Shown here one piece after another: positions 32,190 through 40,820 of a DNA stretch of 64,000 nucleotides (positions within the stretch are counted from its first letter, which is position 1; every line of letters starts with the position of its first letter). Made by a program: the position numbers and the translations under genes. Origin of the DNA: Candidatus Versatilivorator sp. (GTDB lineage: Bacteria; Acidobacteriota; Terriglobia; Versatilivoradales; Versatilivoraceae). The stretch lies in NCBI GenBank assembly GCA_965207735.1, contig OZ242296.1:960001-1024000 (forward strand), written 5' to 3'. Below the pieces are notes generated by a model. That model was given only the letters and a program-made list of their open reading frames with translations, was not told where the DNA came from and did no database searches.

Positions 32190-33608
32190 ATGAAACGGAA
32201 GGTTGGAGCCGTGAGCATCTGGGGCGGAAGGTTTAACCAAGGCATGGATGAGGCTTTCGAGCGCTTCAACAGCAGTTTGAGCCTGGATCGGCGGCTCATT
32301 CTGGAAGACATCGAGGGCTCCATGGCTTACGCCGAGGCGCTGGAAAAGGCCGGTGTGCTCACTCCCCGGGAACTCCGGCAGATCCTGGAGGGATTGGGTC
32401 AAATCCGCAGCCGGGCGCAGCAGGACCCAAATTTCCTGGCGGGAGCAAAGGACGAGGATGTTCACAGCTTCGTGGAAGCACGACTGGTGGAGGCCATTGG
32501 AGAAGCCGGGTTGAAGCTCCACACCGGAAGAAGTCGAAACGACCAGGTGGCGGTGGATACCCGGCTCTTTCTCAAGAAGGCCATCGGCCAGGTCCAGCAG
32601 GGTCTCAAGGCGTTGATGGGCGAGCTGCTGAACCAGGCCAGGAGACACCCCGATGTGGTGGTTCCGGGCTACACCCATTTGAGGAAGGCCCAGCCCGTTC
32701 TGCTGGCCCACTACCTGCTGGCCTATTTCGAGATGTTCTCCCGGGACCGCGAGCGCTTCGAGGACTGCTTCCGCCGCACCGACTGCATGCCCCTGGGAGC
32801 GGGAGCACTGGCCGGCAACGCCTTTGCCGTCGACCGCGAGGCCCTGCGCCGGAAACTCGATTTCGCCCGCATGACGGCCAACAGCCTCGACGCCGTCAGC
32901 GACCGGGACTACCTGGTGGACTTCGTCAGCGCCGGCTCACTCACGCTCGTGCACCTGAGCCGCCTGGCCGAGGATCTGATCTTTTTCTCGACGCCCGAGT
33001 GGGGCTGGGTCGAGCTATCGGATCAAGTCACCACCGGAAGCAGCCTCATGCCTCAAAAGAAGAATCCGGATTCCCTGGAACTGCTGCGCGGCAAGTCGGG
33101 AAGAATCATCGGCAATCTCACCCGACTCCTGGTTCTGCTCAAGGGACTACCCTTGACCTACAACAAGGACCTGCAGGAAGACAAGGAGGCTCTCTTCGAC
33201 ACCCTGGATACTCTGCTGGACTGCCTCCAGGTGGCTCAGGTGGTGGTTGGCACCCTCAAGATCGATGCCGAGGCGGCCAGGAGAGCCCTGGAAGGCGACT
33301 TCATGGCCGCCACCGATCTTGCCGATTACCTGGTCCGCAAGGGAATGCCCTTCCGCGAGGCCCATCAGATGGTGGGACGGATCGTTCTGGAATGCGAAGG
33401 GCAGTGCATCCGGCTCTCGGAACTGCCGCTGAGTCGCTACCGGCAGTTTTCTCCGCTTTTTGCCGATGATCTCGTCGAAACCCTTTCGGTCCGGCATAGC
33501 CTCGAGGTGCGGTCGGTCCCGGGCGGGACGGCGCCGGCCCGGGTTGCCGAAGCTCTGTCGCGGGCGGAGCAGTCCCTGGGGCTGAAGAACGCTTCTGAGA
33601 AGAGTTAG
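32190..33608 (+). CDS. argH: Argininosuccinate lyase
   Basis: WGGRF, HTGRSRNDQ, PGYTHL, TGSSLMPQKKNPD, YNKDLQEDKE. Confidence 0.97.
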   Translation: MKRKVGAVSIWGGRFNQGMDEAFERFNSSLSLDRRLILEDIEGSMAYAEALEKAGVLTPRELRQILEGLGQIRSRAQQDPNFLAGAKDEDVHSFVEARLVEAIGEAGLKLHTGRSRNDQVAVDTRLFLKKAIGQVQQGLKALMGELLNQARRHPDVVVPGYTHLRKAQPVLLAHYLLAYFEMFSRDRERFEDCFRRTDCMPLGAGALAGNAFAVDREALRRKLDFARMTANSLDAVSDRDYLVDFVSAGSLTLVHLSRLAEDLIFFSTPEWGWVELSDQVTTGSSLMPQKKNPDSLELLRGKSGRIIGNLTRLLVLLKGLPLTYNKDLQEDKEALFDTLDTLLDCLQVAQVVVGTLKIDAEAARRALEGDFMAATDLADYLVRKGMPFREAHQMVGRIVLECEGQCIRLSELPLSRYRQFSPLFADDLVETLSVRHSLEVRSVPGGTAPARVAEALSRAEQSLGLKNASEKS

Positions 33609-33640
33609 CGACTGCAGACCGCGAAAAGAAAGGCGAACCC

Positions 33641-34858
33641 GTGTCTGAAAGCTGGACCCTGAATTCTGCCGAGATCTTGCCTCCCAAGGACTTCCAGGCG
33701 GCCGCCGTGGCTTCCGGCATCAAGCCGTCGGGCCTGGATGTGGCTCTGCTCTACTCCACCCGGCCCTGCTGGGGAGCATCGGTGTTCACCACCAACGCCG
33801 TCAAGGCCGCGCCGGTGGTCGTCTCCCAACGACACCTGCTTGAAAGCCGGGGCGCGTTGCAAGCCATGATCGTCAACTCGGGAAACGCCAATGCCTGCAC
33901 CGGGGAACCCGGCATGATCGCTGCCCGGGCCATGGCCGGGGCCACCGCCAGGACGCTGGCTATCCCGATGCAACAGGTCCTGGTGTGCTCCACGGGAGTC
34001 ATTGGAGTTCCCCTTCCGGCGGAACGCATCACCGCCAAACTGGATGACCTGAAACAGGGATTGAGTTCCGAGGGTCTGGGAGCCGCCGCTCGGGCCATCC
34101 TGACCACCGACACCCGACCAAAAGTCTGCACCGCCGAAGCCTCCATCGAGGGCCGGCCGGTGCGCATTGCCGGCATGACCAAGGGGGCCGGCATGATTCA
34201 TCCACAAATGGCCACCACCCTGGGGTTTGTGCTGACCGATGCCGCCATCGGCCCTGCCCTGCTGCGGGAAGCCCTCGCGCAGGCCAGCCGGCGCAGCTAC
34301 AACCGGATTTCCGTCGACGGGGATACCTCGACCAACGACACCCTGGCCGTCATGGCCAACGGCGGCTCGGGAATGCCGATGATCCAGCCACACGGTTCCG
34401 CTCAGGAACTATTCGTCGAGGGACTGACCCGGGTATGCCAGAGCCTGGCTCAGCAGGTTGTCCGCGACGGAGAAGGCGCCAGCAAGTTTGTGACCATTCG
34501 GGTGGCCGGCGCCCCTTCAGAGGAGGACGCGGCCCAAATCGCCCGGAGCATCGCCAATTCCCCCCTGGTAAAGACAGCCCTGGCCGGAGAGGATGCCAAC
34601 TGGGGGCGGATTATCTGCGCCGCGGGCTATGCCGGCGTTCCCTTCGACAGCAGCCGGGTCTCCATCTGCCTGGGCGACCTGGTCGTCTGCCGCGAGGGTG
34701 GAGCCGTGGACTTTGAAGAAAACCGCGCCAGCGAGATCCTGCGTCAACAGGACATCGATCTGACTGTCCATCTGCATGCCGGCAGTTCGGATGCCACCTT
34801 TTGGACCTGCGACCTCACCACCGAGTACATCCGCATCAATGCCGACTACCGTACCTGA
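33641..34858 (+). CDS. argJ: Ornithine acetyltransferase / glutamate N-acetyltransferase
   Basis: NSGNANACTG, STGVIG, KGAGMIHPQMAT, DGDTSTND, DGEGA, DANWGR, INADYRT. Confidence 0.96.
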   Translation: MSESWTLNSAEILPPKDFQAAAVASGIKPSGLDVALLYSTRPCWGASVFTTNAVKAAPVVVSQRHLLESRGALQAMIVNSGNANACTGEPGMIAARAMAGATARTLAIPMQQVLVCSTGVIGVPLPAERITAKLDDLKQGLSSEGLGAAARAILTTDTRPKVCTAEASIEGRPVRIAGMTKGAGMIHPQMATTLGFVLTDAAIGPALLREALAQASRRSYNRISVDGDTSTNDTLAVMANGGSGMPMIQPHGSAQELFVEGLTRVCQSLAQQVVRDGEGASKFVTIRVAGAPSEEDAAQIARSIANSPLVKTALAGEDANWGRIICAAGYAGVPFDSSRVSICLGDLVVCREGGAVDFEENRASEILRQQDIDLTVHLHAGSSDATFWTCDLTTEYIRINADYRT

Positions 34859-34933
34859 AGCGGTGGAAAGGCGCTGCTCGCTGGACTCCCTTCAAGAGGG
34901 CCATGCCTACCCGGACGGGAGCACCCGGCAAAC

Positions 34934-35491
34934 ATGACCATACTGGCACCGGCCCTGCGTTTCTATCTGGTCCTGTGGCTTCTGTCCATGGGGATCATTT
35001 ACCTTCAAGGCCGACTGTCCCGGATTCTCTTTTTCCCAACCGAAAGAGCAGCTGCCGCAACTTTCCTGTTTTGGGGCCTGGGGGTAGCCCTGCTGCTGAT
35101 TGCGCTATCGCTCTTCGCCAGCAGGAATTTTCGCTGGGCTCGACAACTGGATCAGGAGTTCCGAAGGATACTGGTGCCCTTGGGGAGTTGGCAGATCGGA
35201 GCTATCGCCCTGTTCAGCGGTACGGCCGAAGAAGTCTTCTTCCGAGGCGCCATTCAACCTCTGCTGGGACTGGTTCCCACCAGCCTGCTCTTTGGAGCCG
35301 TGCACCTTATTCCCCACAAGGTGTTTCTCCCGTGGGCCGCCTACGCGGCCTTCGCAGGCCTTCTCTTCGGATCTCTCTTCGAACTGAGCGGCACGCTGTT
35401 CCCCAATACCCTGTCGCATGTCGCCGTCAACTTTGTCATGATCTGGCTGCTCAACCATTCGGAACCGGCTCCATCCGCCGATTCGGGCTAG
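34934..35491 (+). CDS. CPBP (CAAX/Abi) family intramembrane metalloprotease
   Basis: EEVFFRG, LFGAVH and late H..N motifs; hydrophobic. Confidence 0.85.
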   Translation: MTILAPALRFYLVLWLLSMGIIYLQGRLSRILFFPTERAAAATFLFWGLGVALLLIALSLFASRNFRWARQLDQEFRRILVPLGSWQIGAIALFSGTAEEVFFRGAIQPLLGLVPTSLLFGAVHLIPHKVFLPWAAYAAFAGLLFGSLFELSGTLFPNTLSHVAVNFVMIWLLNHSEPAPSADSG

Positions 35492-35599
35492 CCGAAACTC
35501 CAACCTGCCACGCGGATCATTACCAGAGTCAAAAACAGATCCTTAAGGCCTATGAGGAAGAATGAACAGGTCTCGTTAAGCCGATTGGCCGTATTGGGG

Positions 35600-35662
35600 A
35601 ACATGGATAGACAGGATGAACAGGATAAACAGGACCGGACCGGACGCTGCTGCACAGGACGC
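35600..35662 (+). repeat. Left half of a GxxExxY-derived element, ending in putative attL
   Basis: AACATGGATAGACAGGATGAACAGGATAAACAG matches the left TIR of 26080-26287; ends in TGCTGCACAGGACGC (35648-35662). Confidence 0.7.
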
Positions 35663-36319
35663 AATCTTTAAATTGTAAATTAATAATGACAAAAGACTTA
35701 CTAAGGATTATCCTACTGCAGTTCCCTCATTTTGTCCCTCTTTTTGACAGGGAACCCACTGGACGCTCAGGGACATTGTCGGACGTAACCGTTCGGCCAA
35801 GCCGTGGAAGAACGGTCGATCGGCATCCTCCCCGCAGCGATCGAGCCACATTGCGTCGGTGTCGTTGCTGAGCCACCAACGTAGCGGCTGGACCACCCCC
35901 GGCTAGGCCAGCCGAGTGTGCTCGCCAGCCGCGAAACCCCTCTACACAGCTTGCGAATCGACCATATCGCTCCACACCACGGGTTTCATCTCCGCTCTCT
36001 GCCCCCAGACCTGATGGAGGTGGAAGAAGGACGCTTCTTCGGTTGCTCGGTCGGCATAAAGGACAAACCCGCAGGAGGTCGAGCCCACGGCTTGACCGAA
36101 CAGTTTCTGTCGGACAGATCAGCCAAGTATCAATCCTGAGTCCGAGGGTGACTGGGGCTAAGAGATACGGCGTCCTCAGCCGTAGCACCCTATATATGGC
36201 GAACCTTGCAGTGTCTTCGACCGGCGCCATGGATTGCGGTTCGGAAATCGGGTAGAATGAGCAGGTCAAGATGAGTGTAAGTTCTATGTGTGCCACTATC
36301 AATAACCTGAAATCGACCT

Positions 36320-36541
36320 GCCGTGTTCCACTCCCGGCAACATTCCGCCCTGCGCTACCTCATCCCGAACGACTACGGGCGCGCCGCGGCGCCGACCACG
36401 AAACATCCCTTGGGGAACGGTGATCAGCCAAGGGTGCCCTATATTCCCTGGCTCGGAGAAGACATTACTTCCACCGGCTGTCGCCCAACTCGGTGCTGGC
36501 GACATCAGCTCTCTACTGTCCGTCGAATCGGGGTAGCTTTA
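36320..36541 (+). pseudogene. IS3-family right-end remnant
   Basis: RQHSALRYLIPNDY resembles the IS3 transposase C-terminus (R.HSALGY.TP); TGTCCGTCGAATCGGGGTAGCTTTA (36517-36541) resembles an IS3 right inverted repeat. Confidence 0.5.
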
Positions 36542-36545
36542 GATA

Positions 36546-38123
36546 ATGTCTAAGCAGCGTTTCGACGTTGGTATTGTAGTCGCATTACCTGAGGAGTTTC
36601 GTTACGTTGTTGAGTTCTCTCCGCAATTGGGGTCGATCCCGTATAAGGGAACCCATTTCTATCGGCTGAAGCTTGCTTCGGTGTCGGCGGCGTGCTGTCT
36701 AGTGGGACAGATGGGCATTCAATCTGCCCTACATGCGACAATTCGTCTATTGGAGTTTGCTGAGGTCAAGCTTCTCGTGCTCCTTGGCGTTGCGGGAGCA
36801 CTCGGCAACAGCGTCGAAGTGGGAGACGTTGTAGTCGCAGACGAAGTCAACGAGTTTCAGGCAAGCTCCAAAGCGCAGTCAACAAGGGACGGCTACGAAT
36901 TCCGCTACTCTGGGCGTCACTGGTCGTCGGAGTTCGCGATCAGGGAAGCTGTCAAACACTTCGAGCATGCGTGTCCCGATGGATTCCAAAGGTGGCAGGC
37001 ACAGGTCCAAGAGGACTTCGCTGGGCTGAGTGCTCCGAACAGGGACAGTGTTTGCTCACTTCCGTCGACCCTGCACATCGGTCCGATGGCTTCGGGTAAC
37101 ATTGTTGCCGCCTCGAGCGCGTTTGTCGATGAAGTGAGGCGCATTAATCGCAAGTTCCTAGCGATCGACATGGAGGCTGCTGGAGTGACATTTGCGGCGA
37201 CGGAGCGAGTCCATCGAGTGCCGTGGCTGGTTGTGCGAGGCATCTCTGATCGTGCGGATGAGAACAAGAAGAAGCTTGACGACGAGAAGGGAGCCTGGCG
37301 GCGTTACTGCGTTCGCAATGCTCTCGGTCTGTTACAGAACCTCCTAGCTTGGAAGGATTTCCTTACCGCCTGTGGACTCGAGTCTCCCGTGGCAGTGGAG
37401 AGACAAGAGAATCTAACGAGAGAGCTGATGCTGAGGGTGCGCTCTTATGTTGGAGGACCGTGGTTGGTTGGTGTGGCGTTCGATCTATTCACCCACGGTC
37501 CCCGAGTCGAGGCCGGTGGTGTGGCGATTCCCATTGATCTAAGCAGACTTCGTGTACTTGACTCCACAATTGCTCAACTTGTGAACTCCTCGACCGATCT
37601 CAGAAAAGAGCTTCTCGCCACTGGCGACCTTAAGACCGCGGCTAGTGGCATTTCGAGACTCGCTGACGACTACCGGACCCAATTGGGTTCGACCGGAGTC
37701 GATAAACTCCTGCAGGATTTCGACAGAGTCGTCGTCGAAACAATTTGTCCAACGGATGACGATCAGATTGGAACCGCGCTCGTCGAGGGCGACAGACTCG
37801 AGGAGGAAGTGGGACCGGCCGCAGCTGCTGAATTCCTCAGCGCGTTCACAGGCGAAGCAGTGCTGAGGGAACGGTATGTTGAAGTGCTTTCCATTCTCCA
37901 GCGGTGGTCGGTCATCATCGACACGTTAGAAGAGTTGGATCCCGACTCGGTGTCCCGCAGCGAGTTGGAGAACCTGATTTTCGCTTACGCCAAAACCGAC
38001 GCTTTCGGCCTAGCAAAGTCGACGCTCGATTTGTACCGCGACCGATACAACGACAATGGAGCAAGAATGCTGCGACAGCAACTGACAGTCCAGTTTGCTG
38101 GCCTGCGCGGGGCGGACTCATGA
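36546..38123 (+). CDS. PNP/MTA-SAH nucleosidase domain fused to an unknown ~260-aa C-terminal domain
   Basis: IVVALPEE, GQMG, LGVAGAL, GDVVVAD, GPMASG, IDMEAAG and VRGISD motifs in aa ~1-265. Confidence 0.88.
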   Translation: MSKQRFDVGIVVALPEEFRYVVEFSPQLGSIPYKGTHFYRLKLASVSAACCLVGQMGIQSALHATIRLLEFAEVKLLVLLGVAGALGNSVEVGDVVVADEVNEFQASSKAQSTRDGYEFRYSGRHWSSEFAIREAVKHFEHACPDGFQRWQAQVQEDFAGLSAPNRDSVCSLPSTLHIGPMASGNIVAASSAFVDEVRRINRKFLAIDMEAAGVTFAATERVHRVPWLVVRGISDRADENKKKLDDEKGAWRRYCVRNALGLLQNLLAWKDFLTACGLESPVAVERQENLTRELMLRVRSYVGGPWLVGVAFDLFTHGPRVEAGGVAIPIDLSRLRVLDSTIAQLVNSSTDLRKELLATGDLKTAASGISRLADDYRTQLGSTGVDKLLQDFDRVVVETICPTDDDQIGTALVEGDRLEEEVGPAAAAEFLSAFTGEAVLRERYVEVLSILQRWSVIIDTLEELDPDSVSRSELENLIFAYAKTDAFGLAKSTLDLYRDRYNDNGARMLRQQLTVQFAGLRGADS

Positions 38124-40420
38124 TGGAGGAAGCTCATCCCATTGATGTTGATCTGGAACGAATCCTTCCGATCCTGGCCCGCGAGATTTACACCTCGCCA
38201 TTCGCGTTTTTGAGGGAGAACGTACAGAACGCATTCGACGCAATACGGATGCAAGTGTACCGTGAAAAGATTGAGGGTGTGACTCGCGAACACAAGATCG
38301 TGATCACGCTGGAGGGGAATCGTCTGTCGATTTCGGATACCGGTGTCGGAATGTCGCAAGAAGATCTTGCCAACTTCTACTGGAGTATTGGCAAGAGTGG
38401 CAAGCACACCACCGAGGCCAAAGCCGCAGGAGTCGTTGGCACTTTCGGAATAGGTGGGATGGCGAATTTTGGCGTATGCTCGCGACTCGAAGTAGTAACG
38501 AGACGTTACGAATCAGGAAGTTCCGTTGTTAGCTTTGCGGAGCGCAGCCAACTATCCGCCAGAGAGAATTGCGTTTTCTACGAGGCTGGACCGCCCGATT
38601 GTGACCCTGGGACAACGGTCACGGGAACGCTAATACAGGGCATAACTATTAAGCAAGTCGTCGCATATCTCGAACCGATCGTTCGGTTTCTGGACGTGGC
38701 GGTCGTAGTTGGCGATGGACCGCTCACGAGAGAATCGTTCCCCTCTGTGAAGCGCGAAGACGGAGCAACTCTTGTGGTTTCAAGTGGCCCAGCCACGGCT
38801 GCCATCTTCGTGCGTGCCCTCCAGAACGGCCAGGCAGAGATCCAGGTCGAGGAGTTATCATGGAACGGCAGGGTAACAGATGTGTCCGCTGTGTTCCAGA
38901 CGACTGCCAATGTCGTGTCGGCTTACCAGCATGGGTTCATGCTAGCGAATGTCCCAGTCACGACAGTCTTCGGACTGGGAGGGGTAATCGATAGCCCTGT
39001 CCTTAGACCGACCGCAGGGCGCGAAGCAGTAACCGACGAGAGTCGCACTCTCGCACAGAACCTGTTGGCGGCGGTCGAGCGCGGGTTAGCCGAGCACATT
39101 TCAGGCACCGCCGGACTGCCAGAACGTTTCTCATCCTTCTACAGATACCTGGCACAGTTTGGCCGTTGGGACCTTGCCGGCACAGCGACTGTTCGCGTGC
39201 ATGGACGCGCTAGCCGTGTCGCCCTGAGTTCCTTGGTCGGCTCTGCGAAAGGCAAGGTGTATTTTGCTCGTAACGGTCACGACCCATCGATCATGCAAGC
39301 ATTCGGAGAACAGCAAAAAGTCGTGGTGCTGTTGTCATCAGATGGACATAGACAGAAGGTTGAACGACAGTATCTGGTAAGCAACTGTAACGCTGAGCCG
39401 CTTGAGGATAGGGTCACGTGTCTGCGCGTTGTCGATAAGCTATCTCTTCCTCAGATGGCGATCCAATACCAGCTGGTAAACCGGCTGAGGACCCAATTTC
39501 TGATCGACGGGCTACGCCTGCGTGCTGGCGAGTTGTCTCACGGCGCCATGCTATGGGCACCGGCTGGACAACGTAGCGACCGGGTCCTATTCATCGATTT
39601 TCGACATCCCCAAATCAAGAGGCTGGTCCAGCTTCGGGAGTCGTTGTCGTTCGAAGCAGTGTTCGACATCTTCATCCGAGATTCCGTCCTGCCCCATCTG
39701 GAGAACTCGTATCCGGAATTGCAGAAGCGAGATTTTGACGCCCTCCTTCGAAAGCTCCAGTCGACTGTTGAGTTTTTCGAGATCGATCCCGACGATATCA
39801 GCAGGATTCAGCAACTGGCGACGATCACTAACATGTCTCCTGAGGATGTGGCTGCCGTGTTTGGTGGGCGGAGGTCCGGCATGCCAAGAACGACATCCAT
39901 CGACCAGGGTGATGTCGCGTCGGTCACACAGCAGGTAAACCAAGTGGTGCAGCAATCGGGAAGCAAATCTGCCGAGGAGATTCGACAGGAGCTAGAAGTT
40001 CGCCTACTTCAAACAGACGTGGATGCGAAATTGTTGGACGCGACTGACGTACAGTCGGAAATCGGACTCTCACGATACTATCTGGCTCTCACTAGAGATG
40101 CGCACATCCTATATCGCCGGGTCTTCTTAGAGCGTAGGCCGTCGACTGACTTTTCGTGGGGAGGACATCGAGCGGGATATCTCTTCTACAGCCACGGAGA
40201 GGCAGTCGTCTATTACGACATCCAGTTCGAGAACCTTCTAGGAGATACTAGCCACGAGCGCACCGGCACGCGAACTCTGGAACATACAGCCCTCGTATTC
40301 AAGAACTGTGTCTTCCTACCGATTCCAGAGGAGTTCGAACGGCACTTCGTGCCCACCGATAGGACTCTGAGATTCACTGTCCGCCACCAGATTCTAGGAA
40401 TTGGTTCTGCACTGGTCTGA
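38120..40420 (+). CDS. Hsp90-like GHKL ATPase with long unrecognised C-terminus (766 aa)
   Basis: IYTSPFAFLRENVQNAFDA (N box), ISDTGVGMS, IGKSG, GTFGIGG, GTTVT; ATG 38120 overlaps the upstream TGA (ATGA). Confidence 0.88.
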   Translation: MMEEAHPIDVDLERILPILAREIYTSPFAFLRENVQNAFDAIRMQVYREKIEGVTREHKIVITLEGNRLSISDTGVGMSQEDLANFYWSIGKSGKHTTEAKAAGVVGTFGIGGMANFGVCSRLEVVTRRYESGSSVVSFAERSQLSARENCVFYEAGPPDCDPGTTVTGTLIQGITIKQVVAYLEPIVRFLDVAVVVGDGPLTRESFPSVKREDGATLVVSSGPATAAIFVRALQNGQAEIQVEELSWNGRVTDVSAVFQTTANVVSAYQHGFMLANVPVTTVFGLGGVIDSPVLRPTAGREAVTDESRTLAQNLLAAVERGLAEHISGTAGLPERFSSFYRYLAQFGRWDLAGTATVRVHGRASRVALSSLVGSAKGKVYFARNGHDPSIMQAFGEQQKVVVLLSSDGHRQKVERQYLVSNCNAEPLEDRVTCLRVVDKLSLPQMAIQYQLVNRLRTQFLIDGLRLRAGELSHGAMLWAPAGQRSDRVLFIDFRHPQIKRLVQLRESLSFEAVFDIFIRDSVLPHLENSYPELQKRDFDALLRKLQSTVEFFEIDPDDISRIQQLATITNMSPEDVAAVFGGRRSGMPRTTSIDQGDVASVTQQVNQVVQQSGSKSAEEIRQELEVRLLQTDVDAKLLDATDVQSEIGLSRYYLALTRDAHILYRRVFLERRPSTDFSWGGHRAGYLFYSHGEAVVYYDIQFENLLGDTSHERTGTRTLEHTALVFKNCVFLPIPEEFERHFVPTDRTLRFTVRHQILGIGSALV

Positions 40421-40820
40421 CGAGTTCTTAGCCGGCGTGAGTTTTCCCATGCGGGTCCCGAAGCTTCTGGCCCGATTTCGTCTGGACATTCTGGGAACCA
40501 AGCGGTTGCCGCTTCGAGTGCTGGAAGATTCCCTTCGGTGCTTGGAGAAATGGTTTGAGAGCGGCGTGGCGCCTGGCTGCCAAAGCCTAGCAACGTCGCT
40601 GTATGTCGTGTCAATCCCGCCACTGCGCAGCCCCACCAACTATTTTGGCAACTCGCCAGCCTTTTCCCTTGAGCGTCGCGATTTTTTGATCAAGCGCCTG
40701 ATCGCCGCCTAACGCCGATCGTGGAACCGCAAGGCAAAGCAAATGGCTGGGGCGAGTCATCGCCACATAAGTATGCAGAAGACGCTGAGTATTCCTTTTT
40801 GCAACTCCTTGTCCATTAAA

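Noticed and set aside
26658-34858. arg operon without argR
   Set aside because: Ordinary biosynthetic cluster; a regulator may be elsewhere and no ARG boxes could be supported.
34934-35491. CPBP/Abi protease as part of the defence island
   Set aside because: It lies outside attL, follows argJ and looks like backbone in composition; the Abi name alone does not imply defence.
35500-35700. tRNA/tmRNA at the island boundary
   Set aside because: No cloverleaf or T-loop motif at either end; the att core lies in a repeat element instead.
35727-36302. 191-aa minus-strand ORF inside attL
   Set aside because: No motifs or RBS, and it overlaps att-arm and repeat sequence; probably spurious.
37904-38119. 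N-terminal extension of the 838-aa ATPase ORF
   Set aside because: It overlaps the nucleosidase gene; the ATGA-coupled start at 38120 fits the Hsp90-like N-terminus.
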